Assembly: GCA_051530055.1 (NCBI GenBank)
Contig: CM121343.1
Location: forward strand, 7,690,044 to 7,754,043
DNA: 64,000 nucleotides
Direction of reading: 5' to 3'
Source: Neoechinorhynchus agilis
Taxonomy: Eukaryota; Animalia; Acanthocephala
Below are positions 24,601 through 37,849 of the stretch, piece by piece. Position numbers and translations under genes: made by a program. The notes beneath the pieces are model-generated. The model saw nothing but the letters and a program-made list of their open reading frames with translations, was not told the DNA's origin and searched no databases. The first letter of the stretch is position 1; each line of letters starts with the position of its first letter.

Positions 24601-27600
24601 TTCTTGAACCTGTGCTACTGTTCACGATAGGATTGAGGCAACATAAAACAGACCTTCATTCGAAAAAATGTTATGCTGGTCAACAAATCAATAATGGCTC
24701 TTAAATCGTCCAGTCTGTCGGGAGAAGATACAGGAAAATTATTCTGCAGATATTACCTCGGACGCAAGCGAGAAAAAGGAATCACGTACCCTATACATAA
24801 ATAGATCAATTCGAATCGAATTATGCAGTTGGTCAAGCAATTTGACGAATTTCTCCTTCTAAATTTGATTCGCGCGAAAAAATGTCGTTTAACGTAAATA
24901 CTCACTTTAAAATTACAAGCTGCAAATCTATCCGAAGCAGATACAGCAATGCTATCAACTGTCGTATGAGCGTAATAGGCGTTTATATTTGCCAATAGAT
25001 CGCTCATCACAGTAGGTATTCCAGAATTCATATATTTTGTAGAGAGGCATGCAAACTGCCTATCAACAAAAGTATCGATCTAGCTCCATTCACAGTGAGA
25101 CTACTAACGTCATACTCCTATAGATAGGTTCGATTCCATATCTTAATGCGAACTCATCCACGATATCCTGGGCATTTCCTTTGAAGAATATTCGCCACGA
25201 CTCGTCCGAAAAATATATGTTAATTTAGTCCAATAAAGAGAAAGCAACACATACTGAATTTACTATGGCATAATCGACTTTTCCTGCGTTTTGCTCGCAT
25301 AGATAGTGAAATAGATTCTATTTAAAATCGATTTGTAAAAAGAACAATATAATCCATGTATATACTTCGTGAAGGCACGTGTATTGAACATGATATGGAG
25401 CCAACTTCTCCTCTCCTTGAATTTCAACACAGATCCTTAGCCTTATAGCACCGCTAACTGACGACCGATCACTTCGTTTTTCTAAAGTCAACAAATACAC
25501 TATATACAAAACTGATTCTCAGGTGATATTTAGACTTATGGAAAGCAAGCCATGGAATAATTTAGAAATCCACGTTCTCGCTATATATTCCGCTGCCAAA
25601 ATACAACGGTGTGACCTCGCTAGCTCGTAATCGAATATAGGCAGCAAACCTTAAAGTTTTGAATGTCGCTCCAAACAAAAGGATCTAGTGAATCGTATTT
25701 ATTGACAAATTCGCTTCTTTTTGATGTGGGCATTTGTCAACAAATTATCACGTATAATGAAAGACTTATAAGGGGGTTCGAACAATTATAAAGACGTGAA
25801 CTCAATGTCTCGAAATTCTATTTTGATCATAGATTTACATGTGTCAAATGATACAAACCGAGGTTATACCAAACATCCATGTCACCACTCAATGTGCGTA
25901 CATCTATAATCGTTTGGCCCAAAAAATCATCAGATTCCCTTGTAAGCTTCTGCATTGTTCTCGCTCTGATATCATCATCTTCGTCCCTTCATGATTTTAG
26001 TTGTTGTAATTTATCGAAGACTTTTTCGAAGGCTTACCACACACGGACCTTTATTCTGTCCGATGAATCGTGCGATTCACTACGAGTAAACCATTTTAAA
26101 CTAATTTTGTATCTGATTTGTACACTTACAAGTGAAATTTTTCATTCCACGTTGGGTTTAATTCGGAGTAAACAGTTTTAGTTCGCTTTCGGACCTTACC
26201 AACTTGAACAGTGACATAAGGATCACTTGCACCGCTGCGGTCTTTTGCGATCAGGCCTTGAGCCCCACGAACTGTAAAAGAAAATGTTGCTGTGGAATTT
26301 CCGAAAGCAATCAATATTAAAGGGCTTGCTTAATTTACCCGTAATTGACAGCTTAGCTGACCATTTCGAAGTTCCATCGAGAACACTCTGTTTTGCGGTT
26401 TTTATATGAACGTCGTGTGTTTCCTTCGATACATCAAAGACACGTCTATGATTTTATATTTCTACTGTTACTTAGGAGCCATTGGTACCTTAAGAGCTCA
26501 AATACTTCAGCACGTGATTCCTGAATAATATCCATTTTATTTTCAATTGCTTCCATCAGACTCTTCGTCCGACCTTCACTTCCATGCCTCGAACTTTTGT
26601 GTGCACTTTCTATAGACCTAATTAATTATAATTCGAAGATCATAAATAATACTTTCAAGGCAATCGGCATTGATTAAGGCTTTGCACTTCTCATGACAAC
26701 AGACGCCACATTCTCGGCACCGAACTCCTTGTCGGGCGATGCCCCACAGTATACCTTCACACTCATAGCAATGGGTGAATCTTTTAAAATTGTATGTTTC
26801 GAATTTATGAGGTGTCGTGATCGATATGGGGTATATCATTGCCTGCAATGTCTTTTTATAAACATCCGTTTTCTAAAATAATATTATATCAAAATTCTCG
26901 CTTCAATTACTAATATACTAACCAAATCATCATCGTAAAGACTTTGCTGAACGGCAACAAAAGATACACCCGGAGCTCTTTTTGGTGGAAGCAACTATTT
27001 ATGTTTTACACCGCGTGATTTTACCAAAAAAATCGAATTTTAAATGTACCTTCGTGTCGACAATCGGAGCGCTTTGTTTTCTGCTTGGCATATCAGGTGA
27101 GCTTTCGATATTTGGATGTAGCTGCCCGGAAGATGATGCCGATTTCGAGATTGATGATAGTATTGCTACCGCTACGTTTGAATTCAGCTTCCCATTGTCC
27201 GCACTTCTTATCTTATCCCGATTAAGTTCGTTGTCACCATCACTACCGTCGAACGCCCTGGCCCGATGTAGTCTATTTTTTTTGTCAACCGAAGGAGTGT
27301 TCGCTACCTTTAAAATAAAAAAAAAAGATAACTAGTTAAAGCAAGACTAGAAGTACTTACCCTCTTTATCGCAGTGATCCATTTACTTTTTGCTATTGAT
27401 TTATCTCCTACATTCGGAACACGACTGTCAGGAATTATACTTTCGTTAGATTTCTCTATTTGTTCTTCAGCTCCAGTGATTACGCTTCGATTTTGGGATG
27501 CCAATTGCAACAGTGATTGTGCATCATTTGACGAAATAATTGATGACAATGAACTCTTTTGCCGTTTCGAAGGATTATCTTTATCTACGCCGCTCCGATC

Positions 27601-28941
27601 ATCTGTTGATTCATTGGAGCGTTGACTGGGGGCATTTTGGCTAGTTGTATTATGCAGAGAATCTTTTGCTTCTTCGGATTTCTAATTTAAGAAATTTATC
27701 AGCAGAATAAGGAAAACAAAATCGAACGTAAAAGACCTAATGGCGTTGAATACAACCGGTATAAAAGGCGTTGATCTATCATCTCCTACTATTTTTGAGG
27801 ACACGAAATATGTCTTTAATGACTCAAATATTTAAGATATTATAAATCCGTTTACCTTTCCAGAAAACATATATTCTAGTCGCCAGCACATAGCGTTCTC
27901 AGGTACGGCAGTTTCGAGCTCTTCGGCAACTAAATTGAACTGTTGAATTTAGGTGTAAATCGCTCACGGATACCTTCCTGAATCCAAATTCCAAGCAGTA
28001 GTTCGTGTTCAGCAGGCAAAACGACAATTTCTCCTTTTCGGCTTTTCTCGATTAGTAGATGATACCAATCGCAGCTTCCTGGCTAAATAGTCGCCGTTTT
28101 TTTTGTTAAATTTTTACGCACACAAGGAACTCACTTCGTTTTTGGTAAGGTGATTGATTTCCGATACGTAAAATCCTAATATTTTGTCCCACAATACGCC
28201 TCTGGACCACAATTCAACTCTTATCTCCAAAGGTTCTTCGAGACATATTTCACTAAAAAGACACAAGCACTAGGTAACTGGTGATGGAGGCACATTGGTT
28301 CACATTGGGATGGTGTAAAAACAATTTCGTGTTTACAGTATACCACTGTAGTGTGTAGGCAATGAAGCCTCCACTAAGCGGCACTGTGCTACATTGATTT
28401 ACTTGTGCATGCCATGAATATTCATGAGTTTGCACAACTAATTGCACAAGCGAATGTCGCAAAACAAATTGACAACTCATGTGCCAATAAGGACACTGCT
28501 AAGTTTGTTCTCAACCACTGAGTTCATTACTGCAAGCACGAAGGAGAATTTTGTGAACTGGCCCCAGCGTTTATAAAAAATGCTTAGATGATGATGATGA
28601 TGATTCTGTGGCACCTTTTGCTTTGATACAAGCAAAACAAATTCCATAGCACTTACAAAAGGAACATCTTTTCAAAAGCAGGATTAATACCTGCTACCGG
28701 CGGCGTTATTGACTCCGTTTCAGATATCTTTGCGATTACATAAGAAACCGTAGTATCCACTTTACTCACAAAATTAGTTGAGCAGTGCATGAGGTGTACA
28801 AAAACTAACCTGCAGAATGGGATAATCTTGCTTTCTTCACTAAATGGCAACTTTAATAGAGTTGACGTCGTCGGATTGTGAACTTTTCCATTGCAAAACC
28901 TTTTAGCGAAAATACTTACCATTTACCCTAAGCAAGGTCAT
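21605..28941 (-). CDS. unc-13: Unc-13/Munc13 synaptic priming protein (C2A, C1, C2B, MUN, C2C)
   Basis: The exon chain can be followed through canonical GT-AG introns. C2A: MTLLRVN...[15 protein letters not shown]1: [18 protein letters not shown]...[22 protein letters not shown]2B: [35 protein letters not shown]: [13 protein letters not shown]2C: [17 protein letters not shown]. Stop at 21605. Confidence 0.95.
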
Positions 28942-30360
28942 CCGAAAGTTCCGCTGCTGTTGCTGCCAACTTAGTATGCAGTCGAAGAGTTTACAAATAT
29001 ACCTGAAACGAAAGCAAAAGTAGCAATGAAAAAGACTTATACTGACTGGAATGGGTTTGCATTAAGCGCTGTAACAATTAGTACAGCTAATAGATGAAGG
29101 TACATTCGGTACGATGCGAATATCGCATCGATGAGCGTACAATGTCTTTTAGTTCTTATTAATACTCGATCATCTGAAATGTCCGTAAAAGTGCGCCATC
29201 ACAAAACGGCGGTAAAAAAACCCGCATTAAAAGTATTCCATGAGTAAGACTGTCTGATTTAAATCAACACCCGAACTCACCCACAGAGAATACCCTGCGG
29301 TCACGGCCACATTTTAAAGCTTTTAGCCTTGCCATGAGCGAGTACTTTGGAAAAATCCAACTTGATCAAAGTTGGATAACTGTGGTAATGTAAACTGCAA
29401 GACCGTTCGTATGCATAGATGTTGCTGCTCTCTTGGATTCATTCCATTGATTGCGGTTGTTGAAGAGCAACCATATTCACTTGTTTGTGTGCCACCAATC
29501 CTGCAACATACGCCGCGTGCGTCATTCGACACACTTAAACGGGTTTTCTACTTCTTAGCTTCCATTAAACTGCAGTTTCTAGGCCGTCAAAGAATAATGT
29601 ACAAGAAATTTAGTCAAAGAGACGTTGAAATTTGATCAGTCGTGTAAATCCATAACAATGGATCTATGTCATACGTGGCCATATAAAAATGCCACCTTGA
29701 AAGGGCTCATTCATGCTGGACTGCCTTATGATTAAGACTTACAAATGACATTGGATCACTTCAAAAAACCATTCTAACTGGACGTCGAATACTTTTGAAC
29801 TTGAATCCATACTATATCTTTTAAAATTTATGAAAAAATGCTACCGAGACGGACATGGGAGTCTGGTAATAACACTTTTAGCAAGCAAAAGGAACTTTAA
29901 AAGATATTTAGGTTGATCTTATCATACATATAGTGAAGGTTAGTAAAATATTTCTTAGAAATAGTGAAATTAAATCTGCCTAATGCTATGGACATATCTC
30001 ACAGAAAATGAAGATATGTGCGGTTTGCGCTTGGAAACAAAGTTGCGGCCAGCTTAACGTTTTCACGTGTCGGAAAAGGTTCTGGTGGATTATTGGGTTT
30101 TTGGGCAACAAAGTAAACTACAAACTACAGGATTTGCTTCCCAGCTCGATTTTATATTACAGATAATTCAGCTGTCGAAACAGTTCGAATATATTGACAA
30201 GGAAAATAATCGAGCTTCCATATAGTTGGTTATTGAAAAATACGAGATGATGAAGCAAATTAAACGGGACAACGAGCGCAATCATTTGTGGCCTAGTGCT
30301 ACTTTGTGGAGTGATGCAGAACAATGATCTACGCCACAGAAAACGAATTTTTTATTAAAT

Positions 30361-31218
30361 TCACGCGGAGACAACTGTCACCCTGCTTCTAGTAAGATCA
30401 GATTGACTATCCTTTTTGTCATCCATTGATGAGTTAAACTTGTAGAACGTGCCAAAGAAAAGTTCTATCCCGAGTAACAAGGAAACACCCTAAATGAAGC
30501 AAGCATAGTCCTTCAAATTTAATTTTTTTATACTTACGGCGCAGGCTCCAACCATGTATCTCCTTGGAGCAGAATTAACACTGCTAGTAAAGTTGACAGG
30601 TCGATTTGCTCTGTATTCTGCATTATGAGGTCCTCGCATTAATGCAACTTCCCATCGAACGGCACTGTCGGCGCAAATAAGAGCCCAGACTGCAAGGGCT
30701 GAGTTTATGATTCCGACCTTAAATTCAAATAAAATTTAAAAGAAGGGCATTCTGAAACTAACGGTTCGTAAGAACAATTTCCGTGATTTGCTATAAAGAT
30801 TGTCGACAACAGAGCATAGATTGCGAGTGATTTCCTCATTTAGACCTATCCACTTTCGTACTCCAAAGAAAACGATAATCATTAGATATGTCGTTTCAAT
30901 GTAGCATGAGGCACAAGCAAAACACAAAATTATCTCCTTGGCGGTATAGCATGAGTTAGCATGAGTGCCGGTGCCGTGAATGATCCATTGTGTTGATGTA
31001 AGAGCACCGAGACCAATTAGCAGAACGGAACATATCTTTGGAGTTTTTTAAAGATTGCAATTCTCTCAAAAAAATTTATGAACACTTACAATAGTGACAA
31101 CTGTCAAAACTCCACCTTTGGTTTTGAGAAATGAATAGTCGAAAATTACAGGAGGAGTATAACTTGACTGGTGGTACAGACTGTGGCGTTGCTGAAAATC
31201 GACAGGCGCACTGTGCAT
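30361..31218 (-). CDS. MARVEL-domain four-TM membrane protein (CMTM/MAL/plasmolipin-like); exons 31218-31090, 31035-30763, 30717-30538, 30489-30361
   Basis: Three canonical phase-0 introns of 54, 45 and 48 nt give an open frame. DYSFLKTKGGVLTVVTIICSVLLIG resembles the MARVEL TM1 lead-in, and three further hydrophobic segments follow. Confidence 0.7.
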
Positions 31219-34200
31219 TGTGATCACTGGACTTTAAAACAAGTTATTGTGGCTCGTTAGTGAGCTACCTGTTTCCATGGTGACGGCACTACCTAAAAAA
31301 TGCAGTGTGTATCCATTAATTTGATTCAAAATCTGAATTCTATACGGACGCATTGGTGCCCTGTGGCTACGGGCCACAATTGTGGCGCCCTTAAACCAAT
31401 CTACTCTTCTGACGCTGCCACCGTGAATTGCAGTGTGCGACAGAACCCTTCCGGCGCTCGTTTCAGCTGAGACAAATTAAGATCATTACAATTACAATGG
31501 TTGATAGAAATCCCACACTTAATAATATTACAGCCATCGCATTGTCGGCACTTCTACGTGAGAAATGGCTGTAGGATAGTAGACACCGAACTGTCACAAC
31601 CATGGACAAGGATAGTTCTCACTCTTATCCAAAGTTCACGAATCCGCTCATACACCGTACAAACTGCGTTGTTGCAAGTGAGGACAGGGTTGCGGTCGAA
31701 TGGCCAAAAATGCGAACCGCGTTAGTCACGGATTCCTTTTATAATCGATGTTATGCTCTTGAAGCCATTTGCGAGCAAACGTCCGAAATGGACTCTAACA
31801 ACAGGTTCGTTGGAGGTGTTATTGTGATCTTTTTCTGTCTATTTTCTACGATCCGGAAATTTCACATTGCCTAGCGTGCTTCCAAATAAGGTAGATGATC
31901 CTCATTGGCGTGTGTGTGTGTGTGGAAATTCAATGTATCAATCGACAGCCATCTCGTCCAATTTCTTTTCATTTGTGTGCTTCATTTCCAGTGTGTCGTA
32001 GTTGTAAGCATTCTAAGCGCACTACATACGAGGGAAATGTTATTTTGAGCAAAATCGTTCAACCTGAGATCACTCCTGCCTTCTACAATCACACGGCGCT
32101 TTCATTTTGATGCATTAAAGTTAACTTATCTTTCCAATTAGATTGCAACAGGCATGCAATTAAAGCTTTAGAATAACGATTCCCTTTGTGATCTTCATTC
32201 GCATTTCACAAAATGTGCATCCTAGGTTTAGTTCAGATTTAATAGGCTCTCCCAAATTTGACTTTTCCCGCCGTAATGCCTGACTTGCTCTGGCCCTCCC
32301 ACGCGCACACACCCACATTCAAACAACGGCACCACTGCTTGCGCAAAGAAATCATGTAGTATTTTATTTGCTTCTTACTGCAGTCATCATCGCTTTTCCA
32401 TGCAGCTCTCCGCAAGATAGGCGATGCAGAGAAGATCCGCCTTACGGTGCTTAGCTGTATCCTGTTGTGCTTCAATAAGTATACCGATCTGTTCAACGGA
32501 CGATATGGAGGTAGGATTAAAATGTGCTTTGGTCATCATCAGAAAACCATATCTATTAAGAGTCCCTGGGAAATTAAATTTATGCCACTTTGTAAAAGAG
32601 AAAGATCTTATTTCGTTTAACGCACTTAGTGACTGATAGTCTCAACGGGAACGTCTGATCCATCCATTTAATGAAATCCGAATTGCCAGTCTTTAAAACT
32701 TTCTGCACGCTTCGTTGCATGGCAAAATTGATTACAGCTAGAATGTGCCTTCCTGCTTTTACATGATTGAAAATATTTCAAACCCTCCACTCTTTCCTAA
32801 ATGGGTTGACCAGTATTTTTTAACTTCTCCCTTAAACATTTCTATTACCGCATTGTTATATTATAATGATTTGTAGGAGTTGTACTTTAAGATTTAAGTA
32901 TTCCCCTAGGCAAAATCTATTTTTTGCATTTTTTAGCGAATCGTAAAGATTATGGTCGATGCATTCATACTTATCGGCAACGTGGTAACTTCACGGTTGC
33001 GTTGGTAAAGCTGCTGATGAGTTTTAGTCGTTAATTGTGGCCAAATGGATACTATAAAATTGATAAAAAAGGAGCGGGAAACATTTACGGTGCGCAATCG
33101 TTCGTATAGCCTCTTGACAGGAAACACCAAGCTTTTACTACCATAGAAAACGCAGCTTGTTTCGAGCTGAGGACTTCTATGGAGACATGAAGTTACTTTA
33201 AATTAGAATTCTTTACATGAATCATTCACATGTGAGAGCGTCTCTTAAAATGAGCTATTCCGTTTAAGTGTGCGTCATAGCATGTAAATAGAGTGCTCAT
33301 CGACAATCACTTACGTCAAAGAAGATCTTACTGCACAGGATATCCGTCCTGTTTTTAAATTGAATTTAAGGTAAGGCAATATTGCTAAGTTAATGTGTGT
33401 CATTTTTAATATCTCAAACGTAAAAATCCGTGTAATTGGTGCTTATCCGCGATGGATCGTCATATGCCTCAGTCTTAACGACAATACCTGTCACAACAGG
33501 AAATGCTCCACGCATTCAGAACACATTCACGCTCCTCTTGGGTACTACTTTCTGCGTAGTATCAGACGCGTGACCACCAGAACTGTCTCAGTTCCTCGTT
33601 TCATTAGAATTTCGACCATTGACCATTAATGTCTTGGTTTCGTGCCTATCATAACACCAACACTATTGCAATTTTAATAATCGACACGCTCCCAGCAACC
33701 CCCGAAATTGCTTAGATTTAATTTAAACGCATCGAGAAAAAAACCGAACCAGTTTCGAAGAGTGCAATCTGCACTTGAACACTATATCTTAACATTCTCT
33801 CGATTATGACACACAAGCTAACTAATGTTGCACCGTAGAAAAAGTCGCATAATGTCTTCACATTTCACCTAAAGTCGACTCAATTTCTAGTTCAGTGATA
33901 AAAGTATTAGTAACACGATATGATGTTATATTCGTCAGGGGGGGGCTTCAATTAATAGTTTCCTCGCAAGGACTTCAGATCCCGCGATCCAGACGTACGA
34001 ACCTGCCTTTGTCAGGATCAGTTTTCTAGTTGTGATTTCTCTGAAACAAAATACCCGAGCAGTATCACAAATCAGGTTTGGAATATGTCTTTTAGTAAGA
34101 TATCACTAGAAATTTTCATTCGCTCGATTGTTGAGGGCAAACTTCAATTCTTTTTTATATGGCGTGAACATTGTCTTTTATACAAAACCTCGCTATAGCG

Positions 34201-34329
34201 ATCATTAGCTCGGTAATATTTTTGCTTGCATGTAATTGATTATCTCCATGTCAAATCGTTCGACGTTGCATTCTTTGATTGCATATTAAGTTCAACATCA
34301 ATTATCAAAGATCCCATTTTTTTAGCAGA

Positions 34330-36188
34330 ATGACCTCACCGAATAAAAACAAGCTAAGCCCTATGGATGAATGCGAACGAGCGTTCAAACGTACTTTGGC
34401 TCAAATGCCAGTGCCTTCTTGGTACGCAAATTCTGTCAAAAATTCGAGACATTCAGGTGGATCCGACACTCATCTTCACAGACGACGTAGTTTGGAAAGT
34501 GACTCCCGAATAATAAAAAGCACTAGCATGGACGAACCAGCCGCTGGGTCGAATACTGAAATACCGCAGCCCAAGTGGAAATCAGGAACTATAGGTAATC
34601 CGCTTGCAATGAGAACGCCCGCTGTTCGTCGACGAGTAAACAATGCCGGTGACATTCATTGGCCAGACCGAAAAGTCACTTACCTCCCAATGCCAGGCAC
34701 CGAGTGCTCTTTACGTTCTCGACCTTCTTTATCCTCGATATCAGGTACCGCGAACGGGACAAAGGCCGGATATATCCCAGGAAGCAATAACACGTTGGTT
34801 TTCAAGAAGCTGCATCTCTTTTGAGAATCCGACGGTGACAGAGTGGCACAAATGTCCCGATGGTACAAGCCAAAGAATTTAGCCGTGATGGCGATGAAGG
34901 CCAAGCAAGCTATACCCACCGATAAGCACGATAGCAGGCGCCTTAAATGTTCGGAACCATTTAGTGTTCCGACTGAAAATGGTACTGAAACTTGTGCCCG
35001 GTCTGATGGATCAAATTTGCCGCCCTATCACACTAGCGGTAGTTTAGATGGTGATAACGAAGTTCGTGAGATAATGGGTGCTACGGCCTATACAGATGAT
35101 TTGACCTCTGAGACACGGAGTAATAAGGGCAACGGCATCTTAACGTTTGAACCTCAAAAGATGCCAACGATTGAGCATTGTGTAAACGCAGTTCAAGGAC
35201 ACACCACAAGGCCAGAGAGTACACTGCCACCAAGCAAATTTGGAACTAGTTCTCCGCCGGGACAGCATACGTCAACGGATGACTCTTACTCATTTCACAC
35301 TTGTCTTATGGGAGATCAGTCATCAAGCAGTATGTATATGAGTGCTAGGGAAACGGAAAGCGGAGCAGAATCCATTGCCAGACCGTTAAAAACGACCAAT
35401 TCTAAAGGTACTATGAACGAGCGATTAAGTCGTGCCTCAGAATCGACGCTTTTACCCCTCGACGATTCGGTTGACGTGAACACTAGTACTGCAAGTAGCC
35501 AGCGTGATCGCAAACCTACGGGTCTATACGACAATCTAGTTTCGACAACTTCTAAATTTGGAATTCGAAAATATTGTGGTAGAATCAATCGCACTGCGAC
35601 CCGCGAAGGTGATGGCCAGGAGACACAGAGCGGCAAACAATCATCTACTCGATATTGTAAAACCAAAGATACTTCGATTCAATGCAAGCTACAAAAAACG
35701 TCTACTTGTCCAGCAGTGGATTATAATCGAGGCGACGAATTACTCTTAGCAACTGGAATTAAGCAGACGCCATCTTCGGATATCGCCATATTAAAACAGC
35801 TTGTAGCAAGAATCGATCAAACATTCACTAAGCACGATCAAGCATTGAAAGCTTATACATTATCTTCTGCAGTATCGACCGAAGATGGTCAAATTATCGA
35901 TATCAACTGTGTGCCCACAAGTAAGGTCCAAAAGAGATTTTTAGCTTCGTACTAATATTCAAATCTGAATATATAGATAAGCAACGTCTAAATGCGGGTC
36001 TAGAGGAGTTTAATGATATTGTCAAAAAAATATTACAGTTTCCTAGCGTTCAAAGATCTATCACAACAACAAATACATCCAGTACGACCCCTCCTGACGA
36101 AAAGAATAAGCAATGTTTACCAAGTCAACATTCAAGGTCATCGTTCTACAGTAGCAAGTCTAATCATCGCCATCATCACCATTGGTAA
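34330..36188 (+). CDS. Uncharacterised Ser/Thr-rich, probably disordered protein (~580 aa)
   Basis: Two long same-frame ORFs are joined by a 48-nt GT-AG intron (34794-34841). A 56-nt intron (35921-35976) leads to a last exon ending HRHHHHW*. Short motifs LAQMPVPSWY and SRWYKPKNL. No domain recognised. Confidence 0.65.
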
Positions 36189-37621
36189 CTAATTAGTTTT
36201 TAAAATTTATGCTAGAAGTGTGCGGTAATATGATAAATGAAACAATTATACTATTGCACCTTATTAATTTTAAAGTTGAAAGCATTCTTATAATCTAATA
36301 ATATTTCACTTTATATTTGTCCCTGTGCCAAAACATGCAACCGGAAAGACTGGCGCAGAAGCGGTTACTCATTTTCGATATATCGCTCATTGTCGAGGAA
36401 TTGTTGCAAGTTGAGAAAACGAGTAAGTAAGTGCTCGGCGCTAACCTTATCATCTGAGTCGCAGAACATGTAAAACTAATTCATTAGCTCTTAAACAATA
36501 TTTGATGCCATCTCATTAAAGACACGCTATTGTTTTAGAAAAAGCTCAGTACAACCGAGGAGCACGTTGAAATTTTTACATTGCCACCAACAAACGATTC
36601 CACAGTTTAAACAGTCTAATGCACGATCAAATGTGATGTGTAAAAGGTCGAGAATCATTCGTTCCATTTTTTGCAACAGTAAATTTGTTTATATATATGT
36701 GCTCCAGGGTGTTAGTGGATTCTGACGTCTTACCAATAAATCAATTGATATATATAATAACCATTTGTAATCGCAAGCTCTTTTGCCAATTTTCAACCTT
36801 CTATATATGATTTCTCAACTATAGAGTTTCCATAGAATTCTATTTAATCCTAAAGAGCGCGCCTACTGCAAACCCACTTTACATTTTCATACACCGTACT
36901 TGTTAAGCGCTTAAACAGTGTCAAACTTTATTCATCACACTTAATTTCTTGGCTACGAAGCCGGTTATTCCATCCATCCTTATTTAACCACTCTTTTAGA
37001 AACAAGAAAAGCGAAAATCAGTAATTAGAATCACCTCCCAACACAAAAATACGAAGAATGATTTGAACTCTTATCCTTGGTCAGCCTGTGATATTCCTCC
37101 GCTCTCATCAGTTGTCTTGCTTTGAGGATATCAAATAATCCCAGAAGCTGTCTGTTTGTCTTATTATTCTCTTTAAACTTTTTCATAATAGTATTATTAT
37201 TAAAAACTACACGTTAAATTTTACAATACAGTGAAAGATATTTCATAAAGTAATAATTACATTAAAAGCAAAATTCTGCTGGAACTTCATACCTTCACAA
37301 GAACAAATCGAAAAGGGAATGAAAGATCTTTCGCCAAAATATCATTTCCGCGAATAAGGCGGTATTAACATTTTGACTTGAGGGGATTTTTGACGATGTA
37401 TATAAGAGCAATGATATAGCAAACGAGATATTCGGGATCTTTAAGTGTCGATATGTGAAGTACCGGGGTATATGATTAGATTTATTGTCTATGCCTTCAC
37501 AATATCAATGACCAACGAAACTACAAACTCTGTTTTCATGGCTAAAAGATGGTACAATACAATAAACCACAAGCGCGTCTGAGAGCAGAATAACCATTTA
37601 ACCACGTCTATTTTAGAACTG

Positions 37622-37653
37622 CCGATGATGAACACGACGAGGTTCGAAACGTA
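37622..37653 (+). ncRNA. Minimal hammerhead-like motif (PLE type)
   Basis: CCGATGA-T-GAAC(ACGACGAG)GTTC-GAAA-CG-TA, with a palindromic ACGT at stem III. U4 is changed to C and stem I is not evident. Confidence 0.35.
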
Positions 37654-37849
37654 TTTAATAAAAAAATCTACCCGGTGAAGACCTAAACAATAATTCTGGG
37701 ATCTTTAAGGAAAACAATACGTTGTACAAATCCAAGTGATTCAAGAAAAGGGAAAATAAGTTATAGTTTCGCAGAATTTCTATGGCAATTTTTTCTATCC
37801 TGTCTATCTGAGGACATTTAGTTGTCTCTAAGGGAGGGGAATATATAAC

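Noticed and set aside
27960-28085. Apparent frameshift in the unc-13 exon after C2A
   Set aside because: Recounting the T-run shows a continuous frame ([14 protein letters not shown]); it was a reading artefact.
34790-34845. Single in-frame TGA between two long ORFs (possible read-through or selenocysteine)
   Set aside because: The stop is removed by a 48-nt GT-AG intron (34794-34841) matching the local intron size, and no SECIS-like evidence was seen.
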